Source: Alphaproteobacteria bacterium (GTDB taxonomy: Bacteria; Pseudomonadota; Alphaproteobacteria; RF32; CAG-239). From it: 64,000 nucleotides of DNA. Location: the NCBI GenBank assembly GCA_045602545.1, contig JAZSBR010000022.1, positions 17,696 through 81,695 of the forward strand, given 5' to 3'. The first letter of the stretch is position 1. Each line of letters begins with the position of its first letter. Made by a program: the position numbers and the translations under genes. The notes beneath the pieces are model-generated. The model saw nothing but the letters and a program-made list of their open reading frames with translations. It was not told the DNA's origin and searched no databases. Positions 58,120 through 64,000 of the stretch are shown here, in pieces.

Positions 58120-59160
58120 ATGAAAATCAGAACATTTTGCGCATTTGGTATGGCAACATTAGGATTGATTTTTGCCACACCGGATAAAGCATTTAGTGCA
58201 TCAACAGATGCTTCTTGGGATAAAGTTTTTCCTCAATCCGATAAAGTTGATGTAAAAAAGGTAACCTTTAAAAATCGTTTCGGTATTGAGCTCGTCGGAG
58301 ATTTATATGAACCGAAAAATATAGGGCAAGGAAAATTACCGGCTATTGCTGTTTCCGGTCCGTTCGGCGCAGTGAAAGAACAATCTTCCGGACTTTATGC
58401 ACAAACGCTTGCCGAACGTGGTTTTGTAACTTTGGCATTTGATCCGTCTTTCACCGGTGAAAGCGGTGGCGTAGTTCGCAATGTTGCCTCGCCGGATATT
58501 AACACCGATGATTTTTCGGCAGCGGTTGATTATCTTTCTACACTGCCGGAAGTTGATGAAAATAAAATCGGTATTATCGGTATCTGCGGATGGGGCGGAT
58601 TTGCGCTCAATGCGGCAGCTCAAGATACTCGTATTAAGGCAACAGTAACCTCTACAATGTATGATATGACAAGAGTAACGGCAAAAGGCTATAACGACTC
58701 AATGTCCGCCGATGATTTGTATAAAATGCGTGAGGATTTAAATAATCAGCGCACTGCCGATTACAAGAATGGCTCTTTTGCCGAAGCAGCCGGCTTGCCT
58801 GATAAATTGACCGGTGATGAACCGCAATTTGTTCAAGACTATTTTAATTATTACAAAACAAAACTCGGTTTTCATCCGCGCTCAATCAATTCTAACGGGC
58901 ATTGGAATGTTACATCAGCCATTTCGCTGATTACGCAACCGATTTTGGCCTATGCTGATACCATCAAATCGCCGGTTTTGATGATTCACGGCGAAAAGGC
59001 GCACAGCCGTTATTTTTCCGAAGATGCTTTCAAAAAGTTGACCGGTGATAACAAAGAACTGATGATTATTCCGAATGCTAATCACACGGATTTGTATTAC
59101 AAAACAGATGTTATTCCGTTTGATAAAATAGAGCAATTCTTTAGGAATAATTTGAAATAA
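58120..59160 (+). CDS. Alpha/beta-hydrolase (YcjY-like), exported
   Basis: GPFGAVKEQ, FDPSFTGESGG, GICGWGG and ANHTDLY. Start at 58120 with RBS GGAGG. Confidence 0.9.
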   Translation: MKIRTFCAFGMATLGLIFATPDKAFSASTDASWDKVFPQSDKVDVKKVTFKNRFGIELVGDLYEPKNIGQGKLPAIAVSGPFGAVKEQSSGLYAQTLAERGFVTLAFDPSFTGESGGVVRNVASPDINTDDFSAAVDYLSTLPEVDENKIGIIGICGWGGFALNAAAQDTRIKATVTSTMYDMTRVTAKGYNDSMSADDLYKMREDLNNQRTADYKNGSFAEAAGLPDKLTGDEPQFVQDYFNYYKTKLGFHPRSINSNGHWNVTSAISLITQPILAYADTIKSPVLMIHGEKAHSRYFSEDAFKKLTGDNKELMIIPNANHTDLYYKTDVIPFDKIEQFFRNNLK

Positions 59161-59161
59161 A

Positions 59162-59548
59162 ATGAAAAAATCAGTAATTACTTTTTTATTTTTAATGCTG
59201 TTTGGAACAGATGCCATGGCAATAACGGTCAATATTTATTATACCGGCGAAAACGGCAATGCCCGTAAATTTGCCGAAGAAATGGAGCAAAGCGGAACTG
59301 TGGAGCTTATTCGCGCCGAAGACGGCAACATAAAATATGAATATTTTTATCCGAAAAATGATCCGGAAACCGTGCTTTTGATAGACAGTTGGGAGAGCCA
59401 AGAAGCTATAGATAAGCACCACGCGACACCTATGATGGATAAAATATCCGAACTGCGCAATAAATATGACCTGCATATGAAGGTTGAGCGCTATATTGAA
59501 GATACCGCCGGTGTTCCGGACAAAGACAAAAACTTTATCAAGGAATAA
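59162..59548 (+). CDS. ABM-domain (antibiotic biosynthesis monooxygenase-like) protein
   Basis: IRAEDGNIKYEY and LLIDSW...AIDKHH. Confidence 0.85.
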   Translation: MKKSVITFLFLMLFGTDAMAITVNIYYTGENGNARKFAEEMEQSGTVELIRAEDGNIKYEYFYPKNDPETVLLIDSWESQEAIDKHHATPMMDKISELRNKYDLHMKVERYIEDTAGVPDKDKNFIKE

Positions 59549-59551
59549 AGA

Positions 59552-60562
59552 ATGAAAAAATTTTTAATAACATTGGCAATGTCTGTACTTTTAGGAGGAA
59601 ATGTAATGGCAAACGCTTTGAATACTGAACAACAAGCTATTGCTTTAGTTTCGGCTTATACGGCTCTGGGCAATCAGAAAGAATTAAAGCAAGCCTTAAA
59701 TAACGGGCTTGACAATGGTGTTACCGTGAATGAATTTAAAGAGATTTTGGTGCAGGCTTATGCCTATTGTGGTTTTCCGCGCAGTTTGAATGCGCTTGCA
59801 ACCTTAATGCAGACCCTTGAAGAACGAGGCAATAAAGATGAAAAAGGCAACGAGCCGAGTGCAAAACCTGATGGTGATGCTTTAACTTATGGCACAAAAA
59901 ATCAAACTAAACTTGTCGGGACGGAAGTCAAAGGCAAATTGTTTGAATTTGCCCCTGCCATTGATGAATACTTAAAAGCACATTTGTTCGGCGATATTTT
60001 TGCGCGTGATAATGTCGATTGGAAAACAAGAGAGCTCGCAACGATTGCCATGCTAGCTGTTCGTGATGGTGTGGAAAGTCAATTAAATGCACATATAGGT
60101 ATCGGAAAGCATAACGGTTTAACCGATGACGAGGTGGCGGAAATTTTAAATATTGCCTCAAAAGCAAAAGCCAAAAATGTTGTCTTCGGTTTCGGAGAAT
60201 TAAATCCTTATGGCAAGTATTTTATCGGCAAAAGTTATTTGAAAAAAATAACTACCGAAAATGGTGTGCCGATGTTTAATGTGACTTTTGAGCCAAAATG
60301 TCGCAATAACTGGCATATTCATCATAAAGGCGGTCAGATTTTGCTCGTTACTCAAGGGCGCGGATATTATCAAGAATGGGGCAAACCTGCGCAAGAACTT
60401 CACCCCGGCGATGTCGTTAATATTCCACCGGAAACAAAACATTGGCACGGAGCAGCCAAAGACAGTTGGTTCACCCATATTGCCGTAGAAGTTCCGTCAG
60501 ATGGTGGCTCTAACGAATGGCTCGAACCGGTCAGCGATGAAGAATATAACAAATTAAAATAA
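59552..60562 (+). CDS. Carboxymuconolactone decarboxylase-cupin fusion protein
   Basis: YAYCGFPRSLNA and HLFGDIF.R; cupin motifs NNWHIH and KHWHGA. Confidence 0.88.
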   Translation: MKKFLITLAMSVLLGGNVMANALNTEQQAIALVSAYTALGNQKELKQALNNGLDNGVTVNEFKEILVQAYAYCGFPRSLNALATLMQTLEERGNKDEKGNEPSAKPDGDALTYGTKNQTKLVGTEVKGKLFEFAPAIDEYLKAHLFGDIFARDNVDWKTRELATIAMLAVRDGVESQLNAHIGIGKHNGLTDDEVAEILNIASKAKAKNVVFGFGELNPYGKYFIGKSYLKKITTENGVPMFNVTFEPKCRNNWHIHHKGGQILLVTQGRGYYQEWGKPAQELHPGDVVNIPPETKHWHGAAKDSWFTHIAVEVPSDGGSNEWLEPVSDEEYNKLK

Positions 60563-60846
60563 AGAAAAATAACCATAAAAATTAGTATATAAAATTTATG
60601 GTATTTTTTAGGTGTTATCAAAATTATATTTTTATACCTATAAATTTTATATGTTTATTACACACTAACCAAACAATATAATAAAATACACACCCTGAAA
60701 ACCTCTTTATTCTCCTTCTATTTTGATAGAAGCTATGAAAAATGAAAAAAATAGGAAAATTTCCTCTTTTTAACTCGATGAATGTTATTGACTCCGAAAA
60801 TTTCTGCGCTAATAATAGAACAGAAATAGAACATTGAAGAGGTAAA

Positions 60847-62004
60847 ATGCGCCAGCACGTTATAGCATTGGTTGATTGTGACTGCTTTTTCGTTTCTTGC
60901 GAGCGGAAAGATAATCCTTTATTGCAAGGAAAGCCGGTGTGCGTGATGACCGGCGGTGGAAGTAAAGGTATAATTGTATCACGTTCAAAGGAAGCCAAAG
61001 CACTGGGAATTAAAATGGGACAGCCGTATTTTCAGGTTAAGCCGAATTTACCGACCGCGATTTGTATTCCGGCCCGCCACCACCGCTATACCGAGATTTC
61101 AAAAGTTGTGATGGACACGATTAAAACGTTCAGTCCGGATGTCGAAGTAACCTCGGTTGATGAAGCTTTTATTGATTTAACTTCGCTCAACAAAGTTTAT
61201 CACTCCACCTATACCGATATTATCAAAAATATCCGGCAGACGGTTTGGAATAAAGTCGGAATTCCGGTATCTATCGGGTTAGGAACTTCTAAAACGCTGG
61301 CGAAATTGGCCTCGGATAAGGCCAAGAGTAACAACGGAATATTCGTTATTCCGCCGGATAAAATCTTGGATATTGTGGGTGAAATGCCGATTGAGGACGT
61401 CAGCGGTATCGGGCGCAAAAACAGCGAGCACATGAAGTTCAGCGGGATTTTTACGATTAAGGATTTTGTGGAGAAAGAAAACGGCTGGATCAGGAAAGCT
61501 TTTGGGATTAACGGCTTAAATCTCAAAAGTGAGCTGACCGGTGTTGCCACATCGTTGGTGAATAACGAGCCCACCGCGCCGCAGAGCATACAGGTAACGC
61601 GGAGTTTTGAGGATTTCACGCAGAGTTTGGAATATTTGGAACATGAATTGAATCGGCATGTTCACGAAGCATGTCAGAAGCTCAGGCGGTGGAACGGCTT
61701 TTGCCAAGGCGTGGAAGTTATGCTCCGCACAAAGGACTTCAAATATCTCGCTATCGAGGCGAAACTGCCGAACCCGACCAACGGCGACCAAGAAGTGCGC
61801 ATGACCGCCATAAACCTCTTGAAACAACTCTACCGCCCGAATTTAATTTATCGCTCAACCGGTGTAACTCTGACACATTTGACCTATGGCGAAGTGCAAC
61901 AGTCGCTGTTTGAGGAAGTAAAGCCGCACGACGACAAACTCTCGCACCTCGTCGACGAACTGGAAGCCAAATTCGGCAAAGGGATTGTTAAGACAGGGGT
62001 GTGA
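60847..62004 (+). CDS. Y-family DNA polymerase (DinB/UmuC-like)
   Basis: DCDCFFVSCE, SVDEAF, SIG...KTLAKLASD.AK and GIG. Confidence 0.93.
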   Translation: MRQHVIALVDCDCFFVSCERKDNPLLQGKPVCVMTGGGSKGIIVSRSKEAKALGIKMGQPYFQVKPNLPTAICIPARHHRYTEISKVVMDTIKTFSPDVEVTSVDEAFIDLTSLNKVYHSTYTDIIKNIRQTVWNKVGIPVSIGLGTSKTLAKLASDKAKSNNGIFVIPPDKILDIVGEMPIEDVSGIGRKNSEHMKFSGIFTIKDFVEKENGWIRKAFGINGLNLKSELTGVATSLVNNEPTAPQSIQVTRSFEDFTQSLEYLEHELNRHVHEACQKLRRWNGFCQGVEVMLRTKDFKYLAIEAKLPNPTNGDQEVRMTAINLLKQLYRPNLIYRSTGVTLTHLTYGEVQQSLFEEVKPHDDKLSHLVDELEAKFGKGIVKTGV

Positions 62005-62093
62005 ATTGGGATAAGCGAAATCGGATAATATTAAAGCCAAATTATAAAAGTTTGGAATAATACTATCTGATTTTTGCTTATAATGAGATGTAT

Positions 62094-62339
62094 CTATTTT
62101 TTAGGCTCTTTATCGTCTGTTTTATCAAAAACAATACAACCTTCACCTTTTTCCCACTTATCGCAGTCGTATCGGCATATTTTTTGGTCTTCGTCCCAAA
62201 CGCCGCCGGCATCAAGGCAGTTTCCGGCAGAATCAAAATAGAAAAAAGCCATTGTTGCTACAAAAGCGAAGCCTATCAAAGCAAAGCCGTATAGCAGTAT
62301 TTTAGAAAAAATTTTCAAAACAAATTTAGTATTTTTCAT
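62094..62339 (-). CDS. Small membrane protein with a Cys-containing C-terminus
   Basis: One transmembrane helix followed by CLDAGG.W...C; RBS GAGG. Confidence 0.6.
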   Translation of the reverse strand: MKNTKFVLKIFSKILLYGFALIGFAFVATMAFFYFDSAGNCLDAGGVWDEDQKICRYDCDKWEKGEGCIVFDKTDDKEPKK

Positions 62340-62529
62340 TTATTCCTCTGCTGACATTTTACAAGCTTATCAGTCAGTTGCTTGTAATAATATGGTGGAT
62401 ATTGATATTTATATACTAAAACTTCCTCTGAAGTAAAGAAAGATTTAAAATAATCCATATATTGCCGTCTTTCTAAATATTTAGTTCACGAGATTGGCTT
62501 GATTTTTGTTAAAAAATTGCGCCGCTGCG

Positions 62530-62763
62530 TCAGTTATGCCTTACGGCACCGGCACAACATACCCATTTTCTACCCCATCTGTCCGAAAGGCATCTGGTGG
62601 GAATTTCCAAAAGTGTAATGGATATATTCTGAATGGCAAAAAGGCTCATTGCTGCGACAAGATTACCGCAAACTTGTGCAAAAAACAAAATCTTTATCGG
62701 ATAGAAAAGGATAAAATTATCCCAGAAACTATACCAATGCAGATATTTTACATTCTTTTCCAT
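62530..62763 (-). pseudogene. Truncated MFS transporter N-terminus
   Basis: LLEIPT..LSDRWGRK (MFS motif A), stopping after 77 aa. Confidence 0.7.
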
Positions 62764-62843
62764 TTTTGCACTTTCTGTTTGTCTTTAGCCGACTTATATC
62801 ATCCACTGCCTTATAATTCAACGAAATTTTACATATGGCAAAC

Positions 62844-62885
62844 AAAAAAATCCCTCGCGGCGGTTAAGCGACGGGGGATTTCTTT
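62844..62885 (-). terminator. Terminator downstream of pepF
   Basis: AAATCCCTCG/CGGGGGATTT hairpin with an A run on the plus strand. Confidence 0.65.
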
Positions 62886-62989
62886 AGTTAAAGGATTATT
62901 CAAACTAGATGAGCCTGTTTAATTTTTCCATAAATTCTTCAACAGTCAGACTCTTATAGGTTTCTCTATAAAAGAATAAGCCTATACAA

Positions 62990-64000
62990 TTAGAAATTAA
63001 GTTGTTTTTCCAAAGTTTCAATCTCGCTCATTTCTTGCCTGACCAAATCTGCATTTTCTTTCCAGTAAAAAGCAATCTGCTCAAGCTCAGACAGTTCTTG
63101 CTCAAACAAGCGCATACCGTCTTGCCAGAAGGTCGGACTTGAAGCATCTATGCCAAACTTGGCGAGAGCCTGGCGATAGTTTTCAATGCCGCTATCAGTC
63201 AGCATTTCCATGTACTTCTCGGCAAAATTCTCTATAATTCCTGACTTATACACCTCATACAGTGAGTTGACCACACAGCACGAGAAGCAATAAGAATAGA
63301 CGTAGTAATCATACTCAAAGAAGTGATGGATACCTGCCCAGATATACTGCAAATTACTTGTATCGACACTTGACCCGAGATAGTTATCCATCACGGACTT
63401 AAACATCTCCTGCAGTTTTTGCGCCGAAACTTCGCCCTTGGCTCGTTCTTTGTGCGCCATATCTTCAAAACGATGGAACGCTATCTGACGATAAGTCGTG
63501 GCAATCGTTTCTTCAATATGTTTGGCGAGCAAAATAAAGCGACGCTTCGGATCGGTCTCTTTCTTCAAGAGAGCATCAAACACCAGTTGTTCTGCAAAAA
63601 TCGAAGCGGTTTCTGCCTGCGCACATGATTTTTCCCGACCAAGCTCGCCGTACTTCTTACTGACGTACTCATGCACGGCGTGCCCAAGCTCATGTGCCAA
63701 CGTATCAACATCCATGACATAACCGTTGAAATTGACAAACACGCGTGGCAAAAAGCCAACCGGCATTTCCATGCAATAGGCCCCATCAGCCTTGCCCTCG
63801 TAGGGGTAGAAGTCAATGCAGTCCTTATCGAAGAATTTTTGCGCAATGGCGGCGAACTCCGGAGAAAATTCGGCAAACGTAGCTAAAATCAGCTCTTTGG
63901 CTTGCTCTATCGTATAGCGAGAACCTTTCGCTTCAAACGGATACGGAGCCAACCTGTCCTGATACGGCAACTTGTCAACACCGAGCATCTTAGCCTTGAG
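62990..64000 (-). CDS. pepF: Oligoendopeptidase F (M3B), 5' part outside the window
   Basis: GKADGAYC, TLAHELGHAVH, AETASIFAE and HFF..YYVYSY. Confidence 0.9.
   Translation of the reverse strand, partial: LKAKMLGVDKLPYQDRLAPYPFEAKGSRYTIEQAKELILATFAEFSPEFAAIAQKFFDKDCIDFYPYEGKADGAYCMEMPVGFLPRVFVNFNGYVMDVDTLAHELGHAVHEYVSKKYGELGREKSCAQAETASIFAEQLVFDALLKKETDPKRRFILLAKHIEETIATTYRQIAFHRFEDMAHKERAKGEVSAQKLQEMFKSVMDNYLGSSVDTSNLQYIWAGIHHFFEYDYYVYSYCFSCCVVNSLYEVYKSGIIENFAEKYMEMLTDSGIENYRQALAKFGIDASSPTFWQDGMRLFEQELSELEQIAFYWKENADLVRQEMSEIETLEKQLNF

Noticed and set aside
242-63886. Numerous short ORFs antisense to or nested in long genes (e.g. 7332-7730, 36165-36587, 47256-47687, 61209-61619)
   Set aside because: They are shadow frames of well-supported genes and lack RBS or motifs.
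1-64000. CRISPR array, rRNA or complete tRNA gene
   Set aside because: I saw no regularly spaced repeat-spacer series and no full cloverleaf or rRNA-like sequence. DUF2779 is Cas4-like but has no cas context.

Overview
AT-rich bacterial chromosome segment. The DUF3768 and DUF6538 families and the gut-type redox and efflux genes suggest, by inference only, an uncultured host-associated alphaproteobacterium. The left ~30.3 kb is the right part of an integrated accessory/defence island. It carries Mrr-like, PD-(D/E)XK, DUF2075, DUF2779 and HEPN nucleases, an orphan C5 DNA methyltransferase, a thermonuclease behind a highly structured ~230-nt leader, and two variant SAM-I-type riboswitches with terminators in front of uncharacterised non-metabolic genes. 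It also has a 7-gene nucleotide/sugar-modification cluster (HD, AdoHcyase-like, kinase, HAD, PIG-L, two glycosyltransferases), an HUH Rep-like gene and tandem large serine recombinases. It ends at a probable tRNA-Gln 3'-end att duplication (~30310). A 32-bp quasi-palindromic site occurs three times in the island. The 30.4-34.8 kb region holds two tyrosine-integrase remnants, an ART/LRR-like protein and a C39 peptidase. The rest is more ordinary: a LysR-linked oxidoreductase cluster, RND and ABC efflux operons, hydrolases, glutathione peroxidase, a Y-family polymerase and pepF. The best candidate for a new system is SAM-riboswitch-gated expression of unknown island genes, possibly a sensor of SAM depletion, co-located with a DNA methyltransferase and an AdoHcyase-like enzyme. 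All family calls come from motif recognition by eye; no searches were run.
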